Shown: positions 1 through 11,174 of the stretch, piece after piece
Layout of the letters: every line of letters begins with the position of its first letter
How positions within the stretch are numbered: the first letter of the stretch is position 1
NCBI GenBank assembly: GCA_044222475.1
Contig: JBGANF010000114.1
Coordinates: forward strand, 1-25,285
Source: Polyangiaceae bacterium
GTDB lineage: Bacteria > Myxococcota_A > Polyangia > Polyangiales > Polyangiaceae
Direction of reading: 5' to 3'
Length of the DNA: 25,285 nt
Made by a program: the position numbers and the translations under genes
Notes under the pieces: model-generated
Databases searched by the model: none
What the model was told of the DNA's origin: nothing
What the model saw: only the letters and a program-made list of their open reading frames with translations

Positions 1-198
1 GGTGAACGTGACTGCGATTCGCTTCCCGTCGATGGTCTCGAGATCGAAGCCGCGCTGGAGCTGCGGTGTCTTGCGTGGAGCGTCGTCGCCAATCTCGAGC
101 ACCGCGGTCCGGAGGACGATCGGCCCGCCGTCGCGCGCGCGCACGACGCCGTGCAGCCTCGCGAGCTTCCCGCGCTCTTCTTTGCGCTTGCGGCCCAC
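1..198 (-). CDS. 5' part (66 codons, runs off the window) of a paralog of the adjacent multi-TM protein at 201..1712
   Basis: Manual translation from GTG at 198: MGRKRKEERGKLARLHGVVRARDGGPIVLRTAVLEIGDDAPRKTPQLQRGFDLETIDGKRIAVTFT. It aligns with the neighbour's N-terminus ([54 protein letters not shown]) and starts 2 nt after that gene's TGA. Not in the ORF track. Confidence 0.85.
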   Translation of the reverse strand, partial: MGRKRKEERGKLARLHGVVRARDGGPIVLRTAVLEIGDDAPRKTPQLQRGFDLETIDGKRIAVTFT

Positions 199-200
199 GG

Positions 201-1712
201 TCAGTCGCCTCCCGAGCCGCTGTGGATGGTCCCGAAGACGCCCGTCGCCACCACCGCGAGCTCGGTCAGGCCGAGCAGCAGGACCAGCCCGATGATCGCA
301 GCGCGGGTCGCCAGCTGTCCTCGAAGCACGGAGCGGGGGCTCTCGGCCTGAGTCGCGTAGAGGAGGAGCGTCTCCTTTCCGGTGCTCACCAGCTCGGCCA
401 TGCCGTCTTTGACCTTGATTCGCCCGACGACCAACACGCGTCCGCCGACGGGCATCATCGCAACCTCGCGTGACTCCTTCGGGTGATCCTTCGTGACGAC
501 CGGTCCCTTCTTCCGCCAGCGAACGGTCGTCCCCCAGTCCGCCTTCGCCGGTCGTACGCGGACGGTGGCGCTGCCGTCGGCGTCGAGGACGAAGGGCCCG
601 GTCTCGGACGACCACGCGTGGGCGTTGCCGCCCGAACCGTCGCTCCACGTCTCGTCGAACAGCGAGTACGCCGCCGCTTCGACCTCGTACTTCTTCGACC
701 CCGTCGCGATGAACCCCTCGGTGGCGCCCCACTTGTCGTGCTCCCACGGGATCGAGTGCTTCGGCGCGGCGAGCATCGTGCGCGCGATGCGCGCCTCGCG
801 CCGAGTCGCCCACGCGAAGTAGAGCGCCAGTGCGATCGAGCAGATCCCCGAAGCCGTGAAGAGGATCGGGCTGTGGTTGAACGGCCCGTCCTCGTCGCCC
901 GACAGGTCGATCGCGACGAACGCTCCCAACATCGTCACGAACGCGAAAGCGGCGCCGAAGATCACTCCGCGGCGGTTCTCGAACGCGGGGTCCTTCACGT
1001 CGTCTCGGTGGAAGCGGAACCGCTTCGAGAACAGGAAGAGGCCGGGCAAGATGCACGCGGTCACGAACGCGACGATGGCGAAGGTGTCGTTACGGGCGGC
1101 GGCGCTGCGGAGGAACGGGACCGAGAGCGCGCCCACGGCGACGATCGCCATGAACGCCATCTCGATCTTCCCTACGCGTGGGAGTGGGAGGCGCTCGTGC
1201 TTCGGCGGCTGCTGGCGCTCGTTCTCTTCCTCTTCGAGCAAGGCGATCCTCGCGGCGCCTTCTTCGCCGGTGCCGCAAGTGACGACCTCGACCGACACGA
1301 TCTCGTGCTCCGCCTGGTCGCGGAACGAGGCCGAGCCCATCGCCCGCGCGGGGTGTCCCCAAACGTGAACCGAGTCTCCGTCGCGGAGGACGAACGTCCG
1401 CAAGCGCACCTTGACGTGAGGCGCCGGCGCCTCCTCGCGAAATGGCGCTGCGCCCTCGTCGTTCTCGAGGTCTTCCCATCGGTCCTTTCGCTCCACGAGC
1501 GGCACCGCCTCGACGTCGACCGGGAAGCTCACCGCGACGCGCCTGCCGCCGTCGCACTCGAGATCGAAGCCGTTTCGGATCTGCGGAGCGAAGCGCGTCG
1601 CCCCGTCGATTTCGAGCTCGGCGAGGCGCAGCACCACCGGATCCCCGCGACCGTGCGCGCGGACGATGCCCGTGAGCTTCGCGAGCGGCTCGCGACGACC
1701 TCCCTTTCCCAT
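201..1712 (-). CDS. Hypothetical membrane protein (~503 aa): soluble domain, 4 TM, soluble domain, C-terminal TM; both soluble domains look GIDE-like
   Basis: Real part of ORF 201..1904. Start ATG at 1712 (alternative 1721), chosen by comparison with the paralog. Five hydrophobic segments. Both soluble domains end in a similar motif ([24 protein letters not shown]). Confidence 0.75.
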   Translation of the reverse strand: MGKGGRREPLAKLTGIVRAHGRGDPVVLRLAELEIDGATRFAPQIRNGFDLECDGGRRVAVSFPVDVEAVPLVERKDRWEDLENDEGAAPFREEAPAPHVKVRLRTFVLRDGDSVHVWGHPARAMGSASFRDQAEHEIVSVEVVTCGTGEEGAARIALLEEEENERQQPPKHERLPLPRVGKIEMAFMAIVAVGALSVPFLRSAAARNDTFAIVAFVTACILPGLFLFSKRFRFHRDDVKDPAFENRRGVIFGAAFAFVTMLGAFVAIDLSGDEDGPFNHSPILFTASGICSIALALYFAWATRREARIARTMLAAPKHSIPWEHDKWGATEGFIATGSKKYEVEAAAYSLFDETWSDGSGGNAHAWSSETGPFVLDADGSATVRVRPAKADWGTTVRWRKKGPVVTKDHPKESREVAMMPVGGRVLVVGRIKVKDGMAELVSTGKETLLLYATQAESPRSVLRGQLATRAAIIGLVLLLGLTELAVVATGVFGTIHSGSGGD

Positions 1713-1788
1713 CCGCCCCATCCAATCACGACTCGGCCGTCCCCGGCCCGTCTTCCGATCCGCGCAGCGCCGTGGTACCCACGGTTCC

Positions 1789-2993
<1,205 letters not shown>

Positions 2994-2997
<4 letters not shown>

Positions 2998-3875
2998 GCG
3001 TCCTCGTCGACAAGAACACGAAGCTCATCGTCCAGGGCATCACCGGCAGCGCCGGAAGCTTCCACGCGAAGCAGTGCATGGACTACGGGACGCAGGTCGT
3101 CGGCGGCGTCACGCCCGGCCGCGGCGGCGAGAAGTTCGAGGGCAAGGTCCCCGTCTTCGACACCGTGAAGCAAGCAGTGAAGGCAACCGGCGCGAACGCG
3201 ACCGTGATCTTCGTCCCGCCCCCGGGCGCGGCCGACGCCATCCTCGAGGCGTTCGACGCGGGTATCGCCCTCGTCGTCTGCATCACCGAGGGCATCCCGG
3301 CGATCGACATGCTGAAGGTCCGGCGCGTGCTCGAAGGCCTAAAGGGCAAGTCGCGCCTCATCGGTCCGAACTGCCCCGGCGTCATCACGCCGGGACAGTG
3401 CAAGATCGGCATCATGCCCGGGCACATCCACAAGCCGGGCAACATCGGCGTCGTGTCCCGTTCTGGGACGCTGACGTACGAGGCCGTCGGTCAGCTCACC
3501 GCGCTCGGCATCGGTCAGAGCACGTGCATCGGCATCGGTGGCGATCCCGTCGCCGGCATGGACTTCGTCGATTGCCTCGAGCTCTTCAACGCCGACCCCG
3601 ACACGCACGGCGTGATCATGATCGGCGAAATCGGCGGCGGCGCCGAGGAGCGCGGCGCGGAGTACATCAAGTCCACGATGAAGAAGCCGGTCGCGTGTTT
3701 CATCGCCGGAACCACCGCGCCTCCGGGCAAACGGATGGGCCACGCCGGCGCGATCATCTCGGGCGGGAAGGGGACCGCGTCGGCGAAGATCGACGCCCTC
3801 ACCGCCGCCGGCTGCAAGATCGCACCGACGCCGGCCCACATGGCCGAGACGCTCCTCGGCATGATGAAGAAGTGA
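2994..3875 (+). CDS. sucD: Succinyl-CoA synthetase alpha subunit
   Basis: GTGA overlap with the sucC stop; motifs [44 protein letters not shown], and MGHAGAI with the phospho-His. Confidence 0.98.
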
Positions 3876-4513
3876 GGCTCCAGCGTCAGGGGCTTCGCCC
3901 CCGACACCCCCACGGAGAGACTCGGGACTCCCCGGCAACGCCAGGGAGCTCCGGCCTCTCGGGGCTGAGAGAGCGCGCGAAGGGGATCCTGCTCGCGATC
4001 GCGGGGACGCCGTTCGCCGCGGTCGCGCTGATTCATTGCACGAAGCCCGCCTCCGAGCCGAGCACCGCGCTCGACGCGGGCGCGGTCGAAGCGTCGGCTC
4101 CGGAGAGCGTCGCATCGGCCTCGGCGCCGCCGGCGCTCGCGTCGTCCGCGGTCGCGTCCGCCGCGTCCGCCGCGTCGGCGTCGGCCGTCGCATCGTCGTC
4201 GTCGTCGGCTGCGCCATCGGCGAAGCCCGTCACTCGGGCGGATTGCGCGGCCCTCGCGCAGGCGCACAAGAGCTTCCTCGACGCGCACCAGAGCTGCACG
4301 TCGGACGCGGACTGCGAGGAGACCGGCGCGAGCTGCGGCCTCGTCGGCGTGTGCGGCGTCGCCATCAACAAGGCGTACATGAGCGGGCTCAAAGCGCGCG
4401 ACGCGGCGTACAGCAAACCGAACTGCTGGGTCGTGCTCGCGGCCCCTTGTCCGACGTGCCCGCCTCCCGGCGCGCCGAAGTGCGTGTCCGGAAAGTGCGC
4501 GCTCGTGAAGTGA
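3872..4513 (+). CDS. Putative Cys-rich lipoprotein with Ala/Ser linker and an unusually long signal N-region
   Basis: C-terminal part of ORF 2984..4513. The nearest in-frame canonical start upstream of the signal is GTG 3872 (GTGA overlap with the sucD stop). Hydrophobic segment [19 protein letters not shown], Ala/Ser/Pro linker, then a domain with 10 Cys including CTSDADC and CVSGKC. Confidence 0.75.
   Translation: MRLQRQGLRPRHPHGETRDSPATPGSSGLSGLRERAKGILLAIAGTPFAAVALIHCTKPASEPSTALDAGAVEASAPESVASASAPPALASSAVASAASAASASAVASSSSSAAPSAKPVTRADCAALAQAHKSFLDAHQSCTSDADCEETGASCGLVGVCGVAINKAYMSGLKARDAAYSKPNCWVVLAAPCPTCPPPGAPKCVSGKCALVK
3878..3969. repeat. Structured palindromic (REP/RPE-like) element within the 5' end of the lipoprotein gene
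   Basis: Outer stem CAGC(3881-84)/GCTG(3964-67); hairpin GTCaGGGGC-TTC-GCCCCcGAC (3885-3905); long imperfect hairpin 3907-3964 (GAGAG/CTCTC, CTCCC/GGGAG, GGC-AAC-GCC). Only one copy in this window. Confidence 0.5.
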
Positions 4514-4539
4514 GCCGAAGCGAGGCCATGAAGCGCCGG

Positions 4540-4568
4540 TTGCATTTCCGAGGGCGATCCACTACTTG
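4540..4568 (+). promoter_or_regulatory. Possible sigma70-type promoter for ndk
   Basis: TTGCAT-17 nt-TACTTG upstream of GGAG-N6-ATG; the -10 match is imperfect. Confidence 0.3.
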
Positions 4569-4597
4569 ACGGCCCAAAGTTAGCCCTGGAGATCACA

Positions 4598-5026
4598 ATG
4601 GCCGTCGAACGCACCCTTTGCATCATCAAGCCGGACGCCGTCGAGAAGCGGAAGGCCGGCGCAATCCTCGCGCTCCTCGAGCAGGAGGGCTTCGAGATCC
4701 TCGCGCTCAAGAAGACGCACCTCTCGAAGAGCGTCGCCGAGGGGTTCTACGCGGTGCACAAGGCGCGGCCGTTCTTCGGCGAGCTCGTGCAGTTCATGAC
4801 CCGTTCGCCGGTCGTGATCGCGGTGCTCCAGCGCGACGACGCGGTCGCCAAGTACCGCACCGTCATGGGCGCGACCGATCCCGCGAAGGCCGATGCCGGC
4901 ACGATCCGCAAGCTCCACGGCAGCAACGTCGGTGAGAACGCGGTCCACGGCTCGGACTCGCTCGACAACGCGAAGATCGAGATCGCGTACTTCTTCCCCG
5001 CCTCGAAGGTCGCTCCGTCGGCCTGA
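4598..5026 (+). CDS. ndk: Nucleoside diphosphate kinase
   Basis: ERTLCIIKPDAV, FYAVHKARPFF, MGATDP, GTIR, NAVHGSDS (catalytic His); GGAG ribosome-binding site. Confidence 0.98.
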   Translation: MAVERTLCIIKPDAVEKRKAGAILALLEQEGFEILALKKTHLSKSVAEGFYAVHKARPFFGELVQFMTRSPVVIAVLQRDDAVAKYRTVMGATDPAKADAGTIRKLHGSNVGENAVHGSDSLDNAKIEIAYFFPASKVAPSA

Positions 5027-5027
5027 T

Positions 5028-7133
5028 CTACGGCTCGACGGTGAGCTCACCGCCGCACGGGACGGTGAGCTTCTGCTCCTTGCCGTGGCTCCCGAGCTGG
5101 ATCGTGTGTGCGCCGCATCGAACGGTGAACGGCCCTGGTGCGTCGCCGACGCTGCGACCGTCGACCAACACGCGGTGGCCCTTCGCGGCGGCCGCCGGCG
5201 CGACGATGGTGCCTTCGTTCGAGGACGGCGGCGTGACGCTCGCGGTGGTCGCCCCGCTCGATGCCGTCGACGACGGAGCCGCGCTCGCGGCCACGGCTGC
5301 AGACGCAGGCGCGGATGCGGTCGCAGTGGCCGAGGCGATGGCGCTCGCCGATGCCGTGACCGATGCCGTCGCCGCCACGGATGCCGACGGAGTGACCACG
5401 GCCGACGCGGACGCGGTCGTCGACGTCACCGCGGTGGTCGTGGCTGGCGGTAGCGCCGCGCGCGTCGGCCCGGTGTGGCTCAGGTAGAGGCTCGCACCCC
5501 CGGCGCCCGCAGCCAGGAGCACGACGGCGGCGAGGGCCCACGGCAGCCACCCTCGCTTCGGTGGAGGTGCTTGGCTCGACGTCGGCAGCGCGTATGCGGG
5601 GTCGGACTCTGCGGTCGAAGACACCACGGCGGCTTGCGTCGTGACGGCGGGAGGCGCGGGCGGCGCGGGCGGGATGCTCGGCTCCCGCTCCGGCGCCTTC
5701 TCCGGCTCGGGCGCGGCGGCGACGAGCTCCTCGATCGTCGGAACCGCTGCAGCCGGCGGGATCGACTCGGCGGAGATGATCTCGGCGGGCTCGGGAGGCT
5801 CGGAGAGGCTCGCGCCCGAGCGTCGGCGTTTCAGCTCCAGCAGGCGGATCTGTCGCTCGGCGTCGACGAGATCGAAGTCGAGGCGGACGGCGCGGCGGAA
5901 CGACGCAATCGCGTCGCCGTCGCGCCCCTCGAGCATCGCGATCTGTCCGCGTACGTAGTGGGCGAACGCGAGGTGCGGCATCTGGGCGAGCGCGCTGTCG
6001 GCCGCGACCTCGAGCGCGGCGGCGCGCGCCGCGCGCTGCGCCGGGTCGAACCCGGTGGAGCGCGCCTGACGAGCCGCGAAGTCGGTGTAGCGCGCGTAGA
6101 GCACGTACTCCGCCGCCGAGGGGACGAGATCCGCGGCGCGAGCGAACTCGGCGTACGCGCGGTCGAGCGTGTTCGCTCCGAGGTGCCCGAGCCCCAGCTG
6201 GAACGCAGCCTCCGCGATCAAGCGCACCTCGGCGAGCGAGCGCGGCGCGTTGGCGAACGTGCCGCGGCGATCGTCACGCTCGCTCGACATGCGACGGAGG
6301 ATCGCCTCGGCGCGAATGCGCGACGGCGGCTCCTCTTCCCCGAACGACTTCATGCTCACACGCGAGCTCGGGAGGTGCGTCCATCGCCGCTTCGTCGGCC
6401 GAGGCCGGAGTGCCTTGGCGCGCTTCCCGTCGTCGTCGCCCTCGGGGCGCACGAAGTTGCTCAAGAGGAGCGCGCCCAAGATCGGCGCTGCGTCGCACTG
6501 GGTGTCGTCGAGGATGTCTTCGACGCGCCGCTTGGCGAGGGCTTCGATCACCGGCTTCTCGTCGTCCCACAGGGCGAGGCTCTCCACGACGCTCGCCGGA
6601 GGCTGAGTGAGAACGAGCTTCCTCCCGCGGATCGGAGCGAGGAGCCCGGCGAGGCGCGGGTCGTCGAAGCGCCACAGCGCACCGAGGACGCACGACGCCA
6701 GCGTGATCGCGTAGCGCGGCCCCGGCTCGAGGATCGATCCGTCGTCGAAGCGTGCGCGGATCTTGTCTTGCTCGATGCAGCGCGCGAGCTTGAGCCGCAG
6801 CTGCGCTCGAAGCGCGTCCTCCAGTTGGTCGGCGGTGAGGAAGCCGCACTCGATCGCCGCCTCTCCGAACCGCTTTCGCTCGAGGCGTGACTCGGCGTCG
6901 GTGATCTGCGCGAGCACCGCCGCGTAGGAGGCGCGACCGAGCGCACCCTCGTCGACCAGGAGCCGCCCGAGAGTCTCCGCGATGGCGCCACCTTCGACCG
7001 CGGCCGCCAGTCCTTCGCGGAGCTCGAACCGCGTCTCGACCCCGGCGCGCTCCACGACGATCACTCCCGACGCCCGCCTCTGCGTCAGATTCGAGAGGAA
7101 CGGGAGGAAATCCGAGGTCGCGAACGAACGCAT
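5028..7133 (-). CDS. DUF4388-like N-terminal domain, TPR repeats, Pro/Ala linker, single TM, Ala/Ser/Thr linker, C-terminal PEGA-like domain
   Basis: N-terminus LSNLTQRRASGVIVVER...FELREG...ETLGRLLV; TPR-like helices (AEAAFQLGLGHL, AFAHYVRGQIAMLEGRDGDAIASFRRAVRLD); TM WLPWALAAVVLLAAGAGGASLYL; C-terminal HRVLVDGRSVGDAPGPFTVRCGAHTIQLG. Confidence 0.8.
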   Translation of the reverse strand: MRSFATSDFLPFLSNLTQRRASGVIVVERAGVETRFELREGLAAAVEGGAIAETLGRLLVDEGALGRASYAAVLAQITDAESRLERKRFGEAAIECGFLTADQLEDALRAQLRLKLARCIEQDKIRARFDDGSILEPGPRYAITLASCVLGALWRFDDPRLAGLLAPIRGRKLVLTQPPASVVESLALWDDEKPVIEALAKRRVEDILDDTQCDAAPILGALLLSNFVRPEGDDDGKRAKALRPRPTKRRWTHLPSSRVSMKSFGEEEPPSRIRAEAILRRMSSERDDRRGTFANAPRSLAEVRLIAEAAFQLGLGHLGANTLDRAYAEFARAADLVPSAAEYVLYARYTDFAARQARSTGFDPAQRAARAAALEVAADSALAQMPHLAFAHYVRGQIAMLEGRDGDAIASFRRAVRLDFDLVDAERQIRLLELKRRRSGASLSEPPEPAEIISAESIPPAAAVPTIEELVAAAPEPEKAPEREPSIPPAPPAPPAVTTQAAVVSSTAESDPAYALPTSSQAPPPKRGWLPWALAAVVLLAAGAGGASLYLSHTGPTRAALPPATTTAVTSTTASASAVVTPSASVAATASVTASASAIASATATASAPASAAVAASAAPSSTASSGATTASVTPPSSNEGTIVAPAAAAKGHRVLVDGRSVGDAPGPFTVRCGAHTIQLGSHGKEQKLTVPCGGELTVEP

Positions 7134-7199
7134 GCCCGACCACTCAATTTATCGAAACTCTCCCCAACGCGGGGAAGATTCGGTTTAGATCGCTCGGCC

Positions 7200-8041
<842 letters not shown>

Positions 8042-8045
<4 letters not shown>

Positions 8046-9115
8046 ACGTTCCGAGCGAGCTCCTCGATCGCACGCTCTTCGACCTCACCGCGGTCGCGTC
8101 CCCGATCGGCGAAGAGCGCGCGCTGTGCGACGCGGTGCAAGCGCGCCTCTCGAAGCTGCCGCTTCCGTCGCCGATTCGCCGCTTCAGCGACTCCATCGTC
8201 GTTCCGATCCGCCGGGGGAGCGGGGGTCCCCACGTCGGGCTGTGCGGGCACCTCGACACCGTGCGCACCGAGAACGGTCCCGCGCGCCTCGAGGGCGGTC
8301 GCTGTCACGGAGCCGGATCGAGCGACATGAAGAGCGGGCTCGCAGTGATGATCGCCCTCGCCGAGACCCTCGCGTGGGAGACGATCCACGCCGACGTGAC
8401 GCTCTGCTTCTACGCCCGCGAGGAGGGGCCGTTCCTCGAGAACGAGCTCGGCCCGGTGCTCGTGCAGGATCCCGAGTTGGGACGAGTGGACCTCGCGGTG
8501 TGTCTCGAGCCGTCGGACAACCGCCTGCAGCTCGGGTGCACCGGCTCGATCCACGCCACGATCACGTTCGAAGGGCGCACCGCGCACAGCGCGCGGCCGT
8601 GGGAAGGGGAGAACGCGATCACCAAGGCGGCGGCGTTCATCGCCGAGGTCGGGGCGCTCGCCCCCGAAGAGACCCTCATCGACGAGCTCCTCTATCGAAC
8701 GGTGACGACCATCACGCAGGCGAAGGACGGCGGCCGCGGACGCAACGTCGTCCCCGATCGGTTCATCTTGAACCTGAACCACCGCTTCGCGCCGACGTAC
8801 ACGCTCGACGCCGCGCAGGAGAACGTGCGTCGGCTCGTCGGCGATCGCGCGAACCTCGCGTTCACCGATCTGAGCCCGGCGGCGATGCCCCATCGGCACC
8901 ACCCGCTCGTCGAGGCGCTCGTGAAGAGCGGCGTCGTCACGGTGGAGCGGAAGCAGGCCTGGACGGACGTGGCGCGCTTCGCCGCGCTCGGCGTGCCCGC
9001 GGTGAACCTCGGTCCGGGGGAGAATGCGCAGGCTCACCAGAAGAACGAATCGACGTCGCTCGCGCTGGTGCACGAGGGATACGCCATTTTTCGACGATTT
9101 CTCGAGTCGCTCTGA
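8042..9115 (+). CDS. dapE: Succinyl-diaminopimelate desuccinylase (M20 family, actinobacterial-like type)
   Basis: GTGA overlap with dapD; GHLDTV, GAGSSDMKSG, FYAREE, HSARPWEGENAI, NVVPD, WTDVARF, GPG...AHQKNE; position next to dapD. Confidence 0.9.
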
Positions 9116-9149
9116 GCAACCGGCGGCGGCACGCGACCGAAGAGGCCCC

Positions 9150-10520
9150 ATGGCGAAGATCGAAACGACCTACACCTGTCAGGCATGCGGCGCGCGGTTC
9201 CCGAAGTGGCTGGGCCGGTGCGCGGCCTGCGGCGGATGGAACACCCTGCTCGAGGAGACCGCGCGAAAGACCGGCGGCGGTCGCAACCGCTCGAGCTCTC
9301 GACCACGAGCCGTCCCCATGTCCGAGGTCGCCGCCGATTCGTCGGCGCGGGTTCCGACCGGCATCGGCGAGCTCGATCGCGTCCTCGGTGGCGGTGCGGT
9401 GCTCGGCGGCGTGACCCTCGTCGGTGGCGATCCGGGCGTGGGCAAGTCGACGCTGCTCTTGCAGGCGCTCAGCGGGCTGGCGCAGCGGAAGGTGCGGGCG
9501 CTCTACGTCTCCGGCGAAGAGAGCGCGGCTCAGATCGCGGCGCGCGCGCGCCGGCTGATCGGCGAGCCCCCCGAAGAGCTGCTCGTCCTCGCCGAGAGCG
9601 AGCTCGAGCGCGTCGAGCAGGCGCTCGACGACGCGAAGCCCGGCGCGATGGTCATCGACAGCGTGCAGACGATCCGGAGCTCGGGCATCGAGAGCGCGTC
9701 GGGCACCGTGTCGCAGCTGCGCGAGGTGACGGCGCGCCTCGTCGATCGCGCCAAGCGGGCGAACGTCGCGATGCTCCTCGTCGGTCACGTCACGAAGGAC
9801 GGCGTACTCGCGGGGCCGAAGGTACTCGAGCACCTCGTCGACACGGTGCTCGCCTTCGAGGGCGATCGTGGACACGCGCTGCGGACGCTTCGAGTGCTCA
9901 AGAACCGCTACGGGAGCGCGACCGAGGTCGGCGTGTTCGAGATGGGCGAAGAGGGGATGCGCGAGGTGCCGAACCCGAGCGCGCTCTTCCTCGCCGAGCG
10001 CCCACGCGGCGCGGCAGGCAGCGTGATCGCGGCCACCGCCGAGGGCGCGCGCTCGCTCCTCGTCGAGGTGCAGGCGCTCGTCGGTGGACCGGCGCAGGGA
10101 TCTCCGCGGCGCACTGCGAACGGCATCGACGGCGGTCGGCTCGCGATGATCCTCGCCGTCCTCGAGCGCAAGATCGGGCTCGTGCTCTCGGGCTCGGACG
10201 TGTTCGTGAACGTGGCCGGAGGCGTGCGCGTCGAGGAGCCGGGGCTCGATCTGCCGCTCGCGCTCGCGCTCGCGTCGAGCGCGCGAAATCGCGCAGTCGA
10301 TCCGGGGGTCGTCGCGTTCGGCGAGATCGGGCTGTCGGGCGAGGTGCGCGGAGTCGATCGGGTCGCGCAGCGAATGGCCGAAGCCGAGGCGATGGGCTTC
10401 ACGACGGCGATCGTGCCCGCGAGCGTGGGCGCGACGGCGAAGGCGAAGAAGGAGTCGTCGGGGTTGGAGGTGGTAGCAGTGCGCACACTCTCCGAGGCGA
10501 TGGATCGCGTGATCACCTGA
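9150..10520 (+). CDS. radA: DNA repair protein RadA/Sms
   Basis: C4 zinc finger (CQACG...CAAC), Walker A GDPGVGKS, VIDSVQT, KNRYG motif, Lon-like C-terminus (GEIGLSGEVR). Confidence 0.97.
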   Translation: MAKIETTYTCQACGARFPKWLGRCAACGGWNTLLEETARKTGGGRNRSSSRPRAVPMSEVAADSSARVPTGIGELDRVLGGGAVLGGVTLVGGDPGVGKSTLLLQALSGLAQRKVRALYVSGEESAAQIAARARRLIGEPPEELLVLAESELERVEQALDDAKPGAMVIDSVQTIRSSGIESASGTVSQLREVTARLVDRAKRANVAMLLVGHVTKDGVLAGPKVLEHLVDTVLAFEGDRGHALRTLRVLKNRYGSATEVGVFEMGEEGMREVPNPSALFLAERPRGAAGSVIAATAEGARSLLVEVQALVGGPAQGSPRRTANGIDGGRLAMILAVLERKIGLVLSGSDVFVNVAGGVRVEEPGLDLPLALALASSARNRAVDPGVVAFGEIGLSGEVRGVDRVAQRMAEAEAMGFTTAIVPASVGATAKAKKESSGLEVVAVRTLSEAMDRVIT

Positions 10521-10546
10521 ACGGAACGATGGTAAGCTCAATGCTC

Positions 10547-11104
10547 ATGAACAATGTCTCTCTCAGCAGGCGCGGTTTCGTACGGAGTGCACTTCTCGCT
10601 TCGGTAGTCATCGCTGGCGCGGTCGCGTGCGGTGGAACGGGCGGCGGGGCCACTTCGTCGGGCGGCGCGCAGCACGAGCTCATCGGGAAGCCGGCTCCGG
10701 ATTTCTCGCTCGCGACGAACAACGGGCAGGGCACCGTCAAGCTCGCGTCCCTCAAGGGCAAGGTCGTCATCGTCGACTTCTGGGCGACGTGGTGCGGCCC
10801 GTGCAAGGAGTCGTTCCCGAAGCTGCAGGAGCTCTATACGAAGTACAAGGCGAGCGGCGTCGAGATCGTCGGCGTCTCGCAGGACGAAGAGGCCGGTCCG
10901 ATCGCGGAGTTCGGGAAGTCGCACGGCGACGTGAAGTTCCCTCTCGGCTTCGACGACAAGAAGACGATCGCAGGTCAGTGGAAGCCGCCGACCATGCCGA
11001 CGTCCTTCATCATCGACAAGAGCGGCATCGTCCGCTTCGCGCACGTGGGCTTCAACGACGGTGACGAGGCAGAGGTCGAGAAAGAGCTGAAGACGCTTCT
11101 CTAG
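10547..11104 (+). CDS. TlpA/ResA-family thiol-disulfide oxidoreductase, predicted lipoprotein with twin-arginine motif
   Basis: GKPAPDFSL, VDFWATWCGPC, MPTSFIIDKSG; signal SRRGFV...AGAVA-C. Alternative starts at 10529 and 10541. Confidence 0.9.
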   Translation: MNNVSLSRRGFVRSALLASVVIAGAVACGGTGGGATSSGGAQHELIGKPAPDFSLATNNGQGTVKLASLKGKVVIVDFWATWCGPCKESFPKLQELYTKYKASGVEIVGVSQDEEAGPIAEFGKSHGDVKFPLGFDDKKTIAGQWKPPTMPTSFIIDKSGIVRFAHVGFNDGDEAEVEKELKTLL

Positions 11105-11174
11105 AGTGAATTGTCCCGTCGGAGGTTCGTCGAACCTTGGACGGGGGCTGGCTGGTTCAAACCGAGGAGGATTC

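Noticed and set aside
3885..3964. Hairpin element as SRP (4.5S) RNA, tRNA or intrinsic terminator
   Set aside because: No SRP domain IV motif, no cloverleaf or T-loop, and no U-tract on either side.
7161..7175. Short inverted repeat TCCCC-AACGC-GGGGA between the divergent DUF4388 gene and dapD
   Set aside because: Only 5-bp arms; could be an operator but is not distinguishable from chance at this GC content.
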